A stretch of 64,000 nucleotides of DNA from a virus. Below the pieces are notes generated by a model. The model did not search any database, was not told where the DNA came from, and worked only from the letters and a program-made list of their open reading frames with translations. Below are positions 20,789 to 30,390 of this stretch, piece after piece; within the stretch, counting starts at the first letter, position 1; each line of letters begins with the position of its first letter. Position numbers and translations under genes: made by a program. The DNA lies in the IMG/VR virus record IMGVR_UViG_3300009999_000006; one strand, 5' to 3'.

Positions 20789-21562
20789 TTAAATTTTTTC
20801 GATGTATACGCCATCAATGTCTTTTGCTAAGAAAGTATATTGCTCTTGGACGGCTTGACCGTCAGCGGCGACACTCTTTCCAACAGAAGTCAGTTGAACA
20901 TTCATAATCGATTGTCTCGTTTGAATGTCATTCATCTCTTTATCTCCTAATGCTCCAAAACATTTGATTCTCCCTAAATCCATGTTTTTTCCAAAATCGA
21001 CTAGAATATTAAATCCATTTTGACGCATCTCAGAATAATAAGAAGTATTTGGCATATTGGTGTTTTGAGGATAGAAGAATGTATCATGTTGCCGGTTCCG
21101 TAAATCTTCTTGAAGAGTAGCGCCTCCCCAAATTGAGTTTTCGTATTCGGTCATGATGTCTTGAAAATCTTTCTTTTCAGCCGTTAGTAATTGTTCTAAC
21201 GTCATGCCTTCTAAGTTTCCTCGGACTACGGTTTTCGAGCCGATATCTTCTTGTTTAATGCCAGTACTTCGGCCCTTCGCACTGTTCATCTTATTACTTA
21301 ACCTGTCTAATACCGTTTGTAAATACCCTGCTTCTGTAAAGTTGATAGTAAAGCTTCCTTGAACCATACGAGTTCCACGTGCAACCCGGTCCCATGTATA
21401 CGAAGCAAAGCCATAAATCGGTGCAATGTTCTCGGTTAACGTGTACTGAAGAGATGTTGCTTCTTCAATGAACGTATCCCCAAAATAAATTTGGACACGG
21501 GCTCCTGAAAAGTATTCTTTGGAAAAGGATAAGCTTTCTTGGAACGGATTATTCTCAGCCAT
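20789..21562 (-). CDS. Tail tube-like protein (paralog 3)
   Basis: LQYTLTENIAPIYG...RGTRMVQGSFTINF matches the other two tube-like genes. Confidence 0.65.
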   Translation of the reverse strand: MAENNPFQESLSFSKEYFSGARVQIYFGDTFIEEATSLQYTLTENIAPIYGFASYTWDRVARGTRMVQGSFTINFTEAGYLQTVLDRLSNKMNSAKGRSTGIKQEDIGSKTVVRGNLEGMTLEQLLTAEKKDFQDIMTEYENSIWGGATLQEDLRNRQHDTFFYPQNTNMPNTSYYSEMRQNGFNILVDFGKNMDLGRIKCFGALGDKEMNDIQTRQSIMNVQLTSVGKSVAADGQAVQEQYTFLAKDIDGVYIEKI

Positions 21563-21564
21563 GA

Positions 21565-22089
21565 TTACCAGACTCCTTCATTTTCGGGATTCCCCGGTTT
21601 CATTAAATCAATATCATTGGCAATGAATTGCATGGTATTTTCGGTGATGCGGTCTTCAATCGACATCGTCTGGCCTTCTGACATGAGACGAACATCATAG
21701 ATGACCATACTAGCGGATTGACCATATTCATTTAAGAAATTGATGTTGATATCAAACGGAGGTAATTCATCTCCTTTGAGAGTCAAACAGCGTTCGTCCT
21801 GAAGCTTATATCCTTCTTGTAAGACCGTATAGAGTGCATGACGGTCAAAGACTGTGAAGATAAGACTTCCTGCTATGGTTCGTTGTCCTCTCACAAAACC
21901 AGATGGGTTCGCACGACCTAAGGTATACACCTGAGTCATCGGGCGGTAAATGGAATAACTGATAGTTTGCAGTTCACCGAAAGCGACAGGTGTGCCACTC
22001 TTTGGGGTAAAAACAGCTAAGATATCTGTCCCTGCATAAGATGTATAAGTATTTGAGAACCGGCTATGTTCAATCGGTTTTTTTGCCAT
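21565..22089 (-). CDS. Tail tube-like protein (paralog 2)
   Basis: GELQTISYS...RGQRTIAGSLIFTVFDR...PPFDININFLNEYGQ is near-identical in pattern to 22147-22731. Start moved to the ATG following GGAGG. Confidence 0.7.
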   Translation of the reverse strand: MAKKPIEHSRFSNTYTSYAGTDILAVFTPKSGTPVAFGELQTISYSIYRPMTQVYTLGRANPSGFVRGQRTIAGSLIFTVFDRHALYTVLQEGYKLQDERCLTLKGDELPPFDININFLNEYGQSASMVIYDVRLMSEGQTMSIEDRITENTMQFIANDIDLMKPGNPENEGVW

Positions 22090-22104
22090 GTGATATCCTC
22101 CCAT

Positions 22105-22135
22105 TAAAAAAAGAGGGGAGTATTCTCCCCTCCCA
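22105..22135 (-). terminator. Intrinsic terminator
   Basis: GAGGGGAG-AATA-CTCCCCTC followed by T7. Confidence 0.75.
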
Positions 22136-22146
22136 ATTCTACTAAA

Positions 22147-22731
22147 TTAAGTCCAATCTAATGATGGTTCGTTTTTGTCATTTGCTTTGAGTTCGTCGAT
22201 GTCACGCGCGATGAAAGTACAAGCCTTTTCAGTCGTGATGTCATCAACAGACATTCCCATACCTTCGTTGAGAATCTCAACACCATAGATAGTCATCGTT
22301 GCCGCTTGACCATATTCGTTCAAGAAGTTGATAGTTATGTCAAATGGTGGGATTTCATCAGAATATTTCGGCTTCTTCGCTGATTTCCAGTTGGCAATCA
22401 GGTTGTCGGCGTTACGGTCAACACCGTCAACAGCAACAGGATTTTTCGTACCAGTCGTGTTCAAACCATGACGGAATACGTTTTGGTCTTCTTTCATCCG
22501 GTGAAGTGCATCCCGGTCGAAGACAGTAAATACGAGTGAACCAGCGATTCCACGTTTACCACGTGAGAACGATTTCGGGTTCGGGTCTCCAAGAACATAT
22601 ACAGGGGCTTTCTCACGAGTGACGCTGTATGTAATTGCCTGAAGCTCACCAACGATTGTGCCACCGAATGTAGCGACGATGTCTGCACCACCGAAAGTTG
22701 TGTACGTTTTTTGATATGAGCTAACTGCCAT
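22147..22731 (-). CDS. Major tail tube protein
   Basis: Immediately after the sheath gene; GELQAITYSVTREKAP...RGKRGIAGSLVF; followed by a terminator. Confidence 0.75.
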   Translation of the reverse strand: MAVSSYQKTYTTFGGADIVATFGGTIVGELQAITYSVTREKAPVYVLGDPNPKSFSRGKRGIAGSLVFTVFDRDALHRMKEDQNVFRHGLNTTGTKNPVAVDGVDRNADNLIANWKSAKKPKYSDEIPPFDITINFLNEYGQAATMTIYGVEILNEGMGMSVDDITTEKACTFIARDIDELKANDKNEPSLDWT

Positions 22732-22793
22732 TATCATTTTCCTCCTTCAAAGGGGTGATTATATAAGAAAGGGGGATTCACTCCCCCATATCT

Positions 22794-24377
22794 TTAGAAC
22801 GTTTCGATAGTTGAAAGTGCGATGTTAACGTCGATGTGACGTGTTTCAAACTGAGGAAGAACTTTCAATTTGACAACAGCAGAACCAAGGTCACGGCCTG
22901 GGACAACTGAGAAACGAGCGTCACGGATGACACGCATATTAACAGCCATTTCAAGACGTCCTTTGATTGCCGCATACATTGCATTGTATTGTGGCATTTC
23001 GTTTGGCTCACCGATGAATGGTTCACAAACATCACGAACTTCTTGTGCGATGTAGTTTGTGATACGCATTGTAGACAGACGAGTGTAGTCTGAATCGACA
23101 AGTTTGTTACCAATAAGAATCTTAGCGGCAGACGTGATACCGTCAGTAACGATAACTTGACCGTTTTTGACGAAGAACGTTACAACACGGTTACCAGTGA
23201 GGGCATTACGCTGGCTTGCACCATATTGATAACGAAGACCGACAGCACCTGGAATCGCTTTGTTTGTTGGAGCCGATTGTGGAGCCAAGCTCATGACGAG
23301 ACCAGCATAAGCTGTTGCACCGTTCATGAAGTGAGTAGACCCACCCGGTACTTGGATGCCGACTTCTTGACCAACAATTTGAAGGAAACCAGAGAATTTC
23401 GTGTTCAGTCCTAGAATCTTGTTTGCATGTGCACGTACTGAAGTCAATGTTGCTTGACCAACAAGTGCTGGTGTTCCGATGTAACCGATAGTTGCGTTGT
23501 TTCCAAGTGATTGGAATTCTGCATATCCTGCAAGCAGTTTTGCAAAGTGTCCAACAACAACTTCACCAGCAACGTTTTCTTCTTTGACAGAATCAACAGC
23601 GATTGGAAGCTTCAAAGCCGTAGCTAATCCTGTTTCTGCTTTAACTGCAAATTTCGTTTTACCAACGAGGATGATGCGGCCTTCAGAAACAACAGCTTTA
23701 AGTCCTGTAACCGCTGTGTTTAATTGAGTTGTTAACGCATCTGCTAGAGACTGAAGATTTTTGCCTTCTGTTCCATCATATGTTTTAGCAGTCAATGTGA
23801 TGACTTTATCAACAGAGCCTGTTGATTTGTCGACGATAGTGAATGTATCGTTTGTCCCAGTTTCGATAGTCAATGGAAGTGTTGGAACATCTGTCCCTTT
23901 AACAATCTCACCATATTTGACAACACCTGGAACTGATGGGAACGCCGCTTTGTCTTCTGGGTCTTCAAAGTCTTCAGCAGTTACAACCGCTTCGTCTTCG
24001 ATAGAGAAACCAGAAAGAACAACGTGTTCTGTTTCGAAATCAACCAACATGCCGAATAGGTTACGGTACAATTCAAGGAACGCTTCTTTTTTGCTTGTTG
24101 CTTTAACAGCCAACAGGTAAATTTCACGTACACCTGATTGTTGCGCCAAACGCCATTCAGCCGCGATTGGGTTTACTTCTCCGTTAACAAAGATGCTACC
24201 GAATCCGTAAAGTGCAAGTTCAGATTCTTGTTGAATCAAAACTGGTTCTTCTGGAGCGTTTACTGTCTTCGCTGGAGCGATGATAAGCAAACGAGGTCCA
24301 TTCTGTCCTTGTGAGACAACAAGTCCGCCATCAGCTAAGCTGACGTCAACACCTGGAAGGTTTGGGTACTTTGACAT
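22794..24377 (-). CDS. Tail sheath protein
   Basis: N-terminal LPGV motif; C-terminal YTRLSTMRI...EPFIGEPN typical of contractile sheaths; precedes the tube gene. Confidence 0.85.
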   Translation of the reverse strand: MSKYPNLPGVDVSLADGGLVVSQGQNGPRLLIIAPAKTVNAPEEPVLIQQESELALYGFGSIFVNGEVNPIAAEWRLAQQSGVREIYLLAVKATSKKEAFLELYRNLFGMLVDFETEHVVLSGFSIEDEAVVTAEDFEDPEDKAAFPSVPGVVKYGEIVKGTDVPTLPLTIETGTNDTFTIVDKSTGSVDKVITLTAKTYDGTEGKNLQSLADALTTQLNTAVTGLKAVVSEGRIILVGKTKFAVKAETGLATALKLPIAVDSVKEENVAGEVVVGHFAKLLAGYAEFQSLGNNATIGYIGTPALVGQATLTSVRAHANKILGLNTKFSGFLQIVGQEVGIQVPGGSTHFMNGATAYAGLVMSLAPQSAPTNKAIPGAVGLRYQYGASQRNALTGNRVVTFFVKNGQVIVTDGITSAAKILIGNKLVDSDYTRLSTMRITNYIAQEVRDVCEPFIGEPNEMPQYNAMYAAIKGRLEMAVNMRVIRDARFSVVPGRDLGSAVVKLKVLPQFETRHIDVNIALSTIETF

Positions 24378-24414
24378 TATTATTCCTCCTTGATTTTTAA
24401 GGGGTGGCTAAAAC

Positions 24415-24987
24415 TTATAATCCTTCTTCAAATGCTTGGAAGATGATTTTTAGCTCTGCACGCGGGACCTCTGTAATCTCTTCTAGTTGCACCAAATAAA
24501 AGTGACTTCTAGAGACAGATACGTCCTTTAAGTTTTGTTCCTTCTTTTTCATGTTCATGAATAGAACCGTTTTAACGCCGTTCTTCATAAAGTAACCAGT
24601 GTACGTCTTCATGAAATCTCTGAACCGTTTATGTAGTTCCATGAGCTTCTTATTGTTCTCTTCGAACAATTGGAATTCAATCACGTAGTCGAGTGTTTGT
24701 CCAAAAATTTCAATAAACTCATCGCTATTTCCATTGACATCTTCTTTTACATAACTTCGATGTCGCGGCTTAATTTCTCGGACATTCTTTCCAATCAGTC
24801 CTGGTTGCATCGACTCAATCGTGTAAGTGATAGCTGGATATTGAATATTCTCAGAATCAGTCGTCGTCGGAAATTCTTCTGTGAAATATCCCCAGTCATC
24901 CCCCCATGATAAAGAGAGCAAGCGGTGCATCATAGTTGTAAAGCCATCAAAATCAAGTGCGCCATTCGACCTTAAACGTCCATCCAT
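24415..24987 (-). CDS. Tail completion/terminator-like protein
   Basis: Position between neck and sheath genes; YPAITY motif; size. Confidence 0.5.
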   Translation of the reverse strand: MDGRLRSNGALDFDGFTTMMHRLLSLSWGDDWGYFTEEFPTTTDSENIQYPAITYTIESMQPGLIGKNVREIKPRHRSYVKEDVNGNSDEFIEIFGQTLDYVIEFQLFEENNKKLMELHKRFRDFMKTYTGYFMKNGVKTVLFMNMKKKEQNLKDVSVSRSHFYLVQLEEITEVPRAELKIIFQAFEEGL

Positions 24988-26513
24988 CTAAAGACCTCCT
25001 TCTCTTCATATTGAATATCTTGCTCTAGAGCAATTTCTTCAACAGACCCATAAGGCACAAGTAAGATATCCACGCGCATACGTGCAAGTTCTGGCCGGGT
25101 CACCTTCAATTCATAGCGTTTAATCAGATTACTCTTCATATAAACTTCAAATTGAGCGCGTAACAGGGTTTCAGAGTCGGTGACGTTCATCGTGCTTGAT
25201 TCGCCGATGTATTGCTCTAGTTCTTGTTCAACTTCTCTAGCAATCATAAGAGTTAGTCGAATCAAATGGGGTTTAGCCTTGTAGGTTGTTCTTTCATATG
25301 TATAGAAATTTTGGCTTTTTTGAGACACTACATTCCTACGGATAGAAGGTACAGTACATATATAACCATTAGATTCAAGTCCTACAAGCTCTTTTTTCTG
25401 TAAGTTGAAAAGAAATTCACCGATTCCTTTAATTTCTTTATTCGTAAAGCTTTTTCCAATCTCATTCTGCACATAATTGGCAGTATACGCTGGAGCAATC
25501 GAAGCCAAGCCTCTTACTGTTTGATGGTGTCCGATAACAACATGGACATAAATTCCTTCTTCTCCAATCGCATGAACTGCTTCTGAATTCAATTTCTCTA
25601 AGAAATCGTTTCGTTCTTTCCATGGGTCATAGATATAAAGGTTGCCTTCATCATCAAAGGCATTTCCGTTCTCATCAATCCCGTAATCCATCTCTTCCGT
25701 TTTCCCGGGAATCGGATTGGTGCCAAGGACCGCAATCGTCATGATTTTTGTTTCTTCTGTTTTCAACGCACAGAACTCGCCAAGACGTTTCGTAATCGCT
25801 GGTGATTCATCATGGTAAATACCAACGATGCTAATCGCTTCTGTTGGAACACTAAATGCTTCTCCAAACTCTCCATCATCTCGTAATGTTGCCTCTTTAA
25901 CACGTTCTAAATATTGAATCGTATAGGCTTCAATATCGGTCTCGTCTGTTCGCACTAACTCATCTTCTCCTGATGCCATATAGAATGGATAAGAAGCTTC
26001 TTGGAAGACACAGTCTTTTAAATACCGTTGAGTTAACAATCGCGCTTCGACTTCTAGTAACCCAAAGTCGGCATCTCGGTTGATTCGTCTTACTAAGTCT
26101 TCAACCGTTTCATAGTCTTCAAATGTGTATGTCCGTTGCGTCACATCTTCTCCGTCTTTATAGACGACTAAGCCATAGGGACTAACTAAGATACTAATAT
26201 TTTGAGTTTCTTCACTGGCACCGATACTTGAGATTTCAAGCACTTTCTGTCCATCTAACGCATTTGTAAGTTGCATGCTACCCTTAATCCCATTCAGACG
26301 GTAGATAAGGATGTCGGCGGCGGTCAAGCCACTCCGTAATGCAATGATGTATTGGTCAGCGAGCTCACACTCCCCTAATGCTTCATATGGGTCTTGTCCT
26401 TCTCGAAGATAAAAACCATCTTGTGGAATTCCTTCATAGCTCATACCCATCAACAAGATTTTTCCTGTAGGGTCTAGTTCTTGAACGAATCGTCTGCCCA
26501 TGCTGTATTTCAT
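24972..26513 (-). CDS. Divergent second sheath-like protein
   Basis: SFTNKEIKG, IRLT...EQYIGE and RVDILLVPYG parallel the sheath C-terminal motifs. Confidence 0.55.
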   Translation of the reverse strand: MKYSMGRRFVQELDPTGKILLMGMSYEGIPQDGFYLREGQDPYEALGECELADQYIIALRSGLTAADILIYRLNGIKGSMQLTNALDGQKVLEISSIGASEETQNISILVSPYGLVVYKDGEDVTQRTYTFEDYETVEDLVRRINRDADFGLLEVEARLLTQRYLKDCVFQEASYPFYMASGEDELVRTDETDIEAYTIQYLERVKEATLRDDGEFGEAFSVPTEAISIVGIYHDESPAITKRLGEFCALKTEETKIMTIAVLGTNPIPGKTEEMDYGIDENGNAFDDEGNLYIYDPWKERNDFLEKLNSEAVHAIGEEGIYVHVVIGHHQTVRGLASIAPAYTANYVQNEIGKSFTNKEIKGIGEFLFNLQKKELVGLESNGYICTVPSIRRNVVSQKSQNFYTYERTTYKAKPHLIRLTLMIAREVEQELEQYIGESSTMNVTDSETLLRAQFEVYMKSNLIKRYELKVTRPELARMRVDILLVPYGSVEEIALEQDIQYEEKEVFRWMDV

Positions 26514-27040
26514 TTCTTTTCACCACCAATTAATTCATAGCTCATGACATTACCGACTTGACGGATATGGAATCCCCGAATCTTTTTTTCAACCGGTTCT
26601 GCTTTGACATAAGCTTTTTTATACACCAGTTGTCCGTGTTGGAAACGAGCCGGGTCAATGTGTGAGACTTCCCAGATGTTTCCCTCTTTCATGACCGGAA
26701 TATTTCGTATCCATCCAACATCTAGAATTAAATCATCTTCATCTAGAGCTGTTTCTGGTAAGAAGTAATACGCTCTCGAAGGAATCGACATGACGCCGAA
26801 CGTTTCTCCCTTCTCAATCAACGGAAGCGTCTGTGGGTTAGCGGCATCGGTTTCATAGACCGTATGTTTCTCAACAATCGGCACATACTTCAATCCAAAA
26901 CAATAGGGACATTCTCGGTCTGCACTCTGTGTCTTCTCGTCATAACAACTGCATACCACTTGTTTCTGTTGACGCACGACGAGCACGGAATGCCCGTACT
27001 CGCGTAAAATATCTTTGAATTCTTCTGGTAATGATTTCAT
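26510..27040 (-). CDS. Neck/head-closure protein with Zn-binding CxC...CPYC motif
   Basis: CSCYD...CPYCFG motif; position after the head genes. Confidence 0.55.
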   Translation of the reverse strand: MKSLPEEFKDILREYGHSVLVVRQQKQVVCSCYDEKTQSADRECPYCFGLKYVPIVEKHTVYETDAANPQTLPLIEKGETFGVMSIPSRAYYFLPETALDEDDLILDVGWIRNIPVMKEGNIWEVSHIDPARFQHGQLVYKKAYVKAEPVEKKIRGFHIRQVGNVMSYELIGGEKK

Positions 27041-27044
27041 CTAC

Positions 27045-28637
27045 TCAACTCCCTAGCTCTGGGAACTCTGTCCGACCATCGAAGAAGTCTGGATAAGGGT
27101 TTCCTTCTTCGCTGTATACAGCCGTACCCATAGAAGCATAACCACGAGCCGTACGCCCATGCATTAAATCTTCCCATGGTTTGATTTTAGCTTTTAACTC
27201 TGTAATCAACGATTGAAGAACGAAGGACTGGCGACCCGTTTCTTGGACTTGTAAGTCTGCTAATCGAATCGTTTTGTCTGTTCCCATCGTCAGTTCCACC
27301 ATGCTCGTCAATGCTACATCATAAGAAGTCTTGTACTTCACGTATTCATGCATATAAAACGGTGCCGCGCCATCAACATATAAAGTCGCGTCAAAGTTCT
27401 TTAATAACGAAGCCATTTGGTAAGCGGCTTTTGAATTCGCTACAATCAACTTCGCTAATGTCTTCTCATCAACAAAGGCTCCAAAATACCGAAGCTCTGT
27501 TTTGACTTCATCCACCGTTACATAGTAATGGGTAAAAGCCGATTGAAACGTACTTCTAAACTCTGATTCAAGTTCTTTTGCTTTCCCACTAATAACAATG
27601 AGATTGCCTTCGAGTTCCATCGTTTGCTCTTCACTTACAGGAGTCTTCGTTTCCTTCTTTAAAATAAGCTGATAAGTTTTATCTTTTTGGAACGGAACAT
27701 CTGGAATAAACGTTAAAACTTTTGTTCGTTCGAGTTCGGCTTCGATTTCGACAATCTTACCGGGAACTGTATTAATCCCTAAGCTAAGGAAAGAAGCCGT
27801 TTCTAGTCCTGTGACTTCTTCAACACGGAACCAATCAGCATAAGTTGTTAAATCAATTTCTTCTGAAAATAAAACACCGACTCTATCCGGTGTAATATGG
27901 AATGCTTCATTTCGTGGGTACGTTTCTAATACACGAAGGTACAAGTCTGTTGAGACATCTACAGGGACGTCAGGAGAGCCTTCTGAAGGGCTTGGTGTAG
28001 CTTCAGCTTCCTTCACTGCAATCGATGCTGTACGATATTCTGAGACCATGTCATTCTTCTTGACTTGGATGTGAACATAGTACGTGCCGGGCTCAACCTT
28101 TTTTGGAATATCTACCGTTAAAGCATTCGTTTCATAGAGGTTATAACTCGGCCAAATACCGGCATTCTCTGGTAAGTTCGAATGAGACAGTTTTAATAGA
28201 TACTGGTAACTGCCAATTAAATCCACGGCTGACCATTCTGCTGTGATGATGCCATTGTGTTCTGTTAATTGAATGTTTTTGACGGGTAAGGCTACATCTT
28301 GTTCTTTCGTGTAGAACTCATAAAAACGACTAACACTTAAATAGTCATCAATAACCGAGACAACTCCATTTTGTCCGCCAACAATTTCCATTTGATACTG
28401 TACACTCGGTTCTAAGGGCTCCGTTGGTTTGACGGCGACTTTCTTCGTAACATTATCGTAGGTAATCGTGACCGGGACATTTCCTCCATTGACCTTGCGT
28501 AGTTTCAGAGTCGAACTATTTAAAGTCGAAGGGTTCATGTTCCGTTGAAAAGAAATACTGAGTGTAACCGTTAAGGCTACACCCATTTCATTTGAAGTCG
28601 GCGTCATGCCTACTACCAAATAATTATTAATTGGCAT
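27045..28637 (-). CDS. Ig-like domain protein with C-terminal head-tail adaptor-like region
   Basis: Two Big_5-like repeats (ISFQRNMNPSTL, VLFSEEID); C-terminal YVTVDEVK...IRLADLQV. Confidence 0.55.
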   Translation of the reverse strand: MPINNYLVVGMTPTSNEMGVALTVTLSISFQRNMNPSTLNSSTLKLRKVNGGNVPVTITYDNVTKKVAVKPTEPLEPSVQYQMEIVGGQNGVVSVIDDYLSVSRFYEFYTKEQDVALPVKNIQLTEHNGIITAEWSAVDLIGSYQYLLKLSHSNLPENAGIWPSYNLYETNALTVDIPKKVEPGTYYVHIQVKKNDMVSEYRTASIAVKEAEATPSPSEGSPDVPVDVSTDLYLRVLETYPRNEAFHITPDRVGVLFSEEIDLTTYADWFRVEEVTGLETASFLSLGINTVPGKIVEIEAELERTKVLTFIPDVPFQKDKTYQLILKKETKTPVSEEQTMELEGNLIVISGKAKELESEFRSTFQSAFTHYYVTVDEVKTELRYFGAFVDEKTLAKLIVANSKAAYQMASLLKNFDATLYVDGAAPFYMHEYVKYKTSYDVALTSMVELTMGTDKTIRLADLQVQETGRQSFVLQSLITELKAKIKPWEDLMHGRTARGYASMGTAVYSEEGNPYPDFFDGRTEFPELGS

Positions 28638-28647
28638 TAGTTACACC

Positions 28648-29106
28648 TCACTTCAGTTTCTTGAGCAATGCACTTTTCGAGATGTTCGCTTTGTATTCAA
28701 TACCTAACGCATCCGCTTTTTCTTTGAGTTCCGCTACTGTGTAGTCTTCGAGCTTGTCAGGAAGCTTTTGTGACTTTTCCAGTTGCTCTTCTCGTTCTTC
28801 TTGCGCTTCGACTTCTTCTTTTGTTTCTTCTAACGCTTCTTCTGCTGTCTCAGGAATAAACTTCTCTTGCTTTGGTTGTTCTTTTAGTGGGACTTCTTCG
28901 ACTTTGAGTTTCTCATCGATTTCACCTTCAACTAAAACGAGGATGTTCTGACGGATAAGACTCTTAATACCAGATAAGTCAGCTTCTTTGTTGATGCGGT
29001 ACACCGTTGGGTAGATGTCATAGGCTTCAAATGTCAGGTTTGATTTTTCTTCGTGAATAGGGCCTCCCTGGAAAAATGGAGAGACGATAACGTCGATATA
29101 CTTCAT
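28648..29106 (-). CDS. Acidic protein with C-terminal HeH/Rho-N-like motif
   Basis: TVAELKEKADALGIEYKANISKSALL. Confidence 0.55.
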   Translation of the reverse strand: MKYIDVIVSPFFQGGPIHEEKSNLTFEAYDIYPTVYRINKEADLSGIKSLIRQNILVLVEGEIDEKLKVEEVPLKEQPKQEKFIPETAEEALEETKEEVEAQEEREEQLEKSQKLPDKLEDYTVAELKEKADALGIEYKANISKSALLKKLK

Positions 29107-29134
29107 GTGTGTTTCCTCCTGTAAGTTAATGTAA

Positions 29135-29168
29135 TAAAATAAGGGACCCCATAAGAAGGGTCCCTATA
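29135..29168 (-). terminator. Terminator after the capsid gene
   Basis: AGGGACCC-TTCTTATG-GGGTCCCT followed by a T-rich tract. Confidence 0.6.
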
Positions 29169-29180
29169 GGGGTTAAGCTA

Positions 29181-30299
29181 TTAAATTTCGTCGTGTTTCT
29201 TAACTGCTGGGTTAACAGAACCATCAGCAAGCTTCGGTTGCATGTCGCTTGGAAGCGCCATTTTTTCGAACTCGCGGTCTGGAGCTGGCCATGTTTTCTT
29301 GAAGGCAATGTTCTTCGCAACAGCAAGACCTTTACCACCGTTTAAGATACCTACGCCATAGCGTTCTTTGACTTTCAATGACTGGATGTCACGGAGTGGG
29401 TCATCGAACTGCTCTGTCGAGATTGCATCTTTAACAAGAAGAACACCGATGTTGTTACGGTCAACGATGTAGAAATCGAAGAGACGTTCAGCTTGTTTGA
29501 ATGGTACGAATGGTGAGAAGATGATTTGTAAACCAAGTGCATTGTTCGCTGTGAACGCACGTGGGTCACGACCTGCTTGACCTTGACCGAATGCCGCAAC
29601 TGAAGCGCCTTGAAGTGCTTCGTTTTTAGCAAATAGTGACCAGCAAAGTGGGTGCATGATGATGTCAGTCGGTGTGAAACCTTCAGACATGATAGAGACA
29701 GCCATTTCAACGAGGTCGTCAGCTGAAAGTGTACCGTTCATTTCGCCGTCGAAACCGCGTCCTGTTGGGAAACCTTCGTCGCCTGGTTGGTATTCGTTAC
29801 CATCGAAGACAACGTGACCATGAGTAGAGAATTCACGGAAGATAACTTCTTCTTTTTTACGAGCCATTGCACGTCCAGCGGCTTCAAGGTGAAGACCGAT
29901 AACGTCCCACTGTGAGTCTGCAATCATTTCATCTGTGATTTGAACTTTCAAACCGTATTTGCGAACGCGAACGTCCACGCCGCCGGCGCCTTCTTTAGTG
30001 AAGTTGAGCGTTTGGTTTGGGTACTCTTGAGCTTCGCCGATTTCGAACGCACGGATAGCGCCGAAGTGGATGAACTCCATAGAGCGTCCTTCAGTCAATT
30101 GGACTTGTTTGAAGAATTGTGATGCGAGATAAAGTGGCTCAGCCGCTTCTGTGATTACTGTTGAAATTACTTTTGGAAGAAGAATGTTAGCATCCGCTGT
30201 TGTGAGTGCTTCTGTTACATCCACACGGTTTTCTTTCGTTTTTCCAAATTTCATCATGCTTGAGAATTTTTCTACAAGCGCAAGTTGATTTTCGTTCAT
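29181..30299 (-). CDS. Major capsid protein (HK97-like)
   Basis: LLPKVI...EIGEAQEYP...KYGLKVQITDEMIADSQWD...ERYGVG; biased codon usage; position. Confidence 0.9.
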   Translation of the reverse strand: MNENQLALVEKFSSMMKFGKTKENRVDVTEALTTADANILLPKVISTVITEAAEPLYLASQFFKQVQLTEGRSMEFIHFGAIRAFEIGEAQEYPNQTLNFTKEGAGGVDVRVRKYGLKVQITDEMIADSQWDVIGLHLEAAGRAMARKKEEVIFREFSTHGHVVFDGNEYQPGDEGFPTGRGFDGEMNGTLSADDLVEMAVSIMSEGFTPTDIIMHPLCWSLFAKNEALQGASVAAFGQGQAGRDPRAFTANNALGLQIIFSPFVPFKQAERLFDFYIVDRNNIGVLLVKDAISTEQFDDPLRDIQSLKVKERYGVGILNGGKGLAVAKNIAFKKTWPAPDREFEKMALPSDMQPKLADGSVNPAVKKHDEI

Positions 30300-30347
30300 T
30301 ATGTAGGTCCTCCCTAGTATCGTCTTAACATTATGTGTTTCAAATAA

Positions 30348-30386
30348 GTATAAAAGAGAGGGTGAGCGTTCATACCCACCCTCTTA
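30348..30386 (-). terminator. Intrinsic terminator
   Basis: AGAGGGTG...CACCCTCT followed by CTTTT. Confidence 0.55.
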
Positions 30387-30390
30387 GTCA

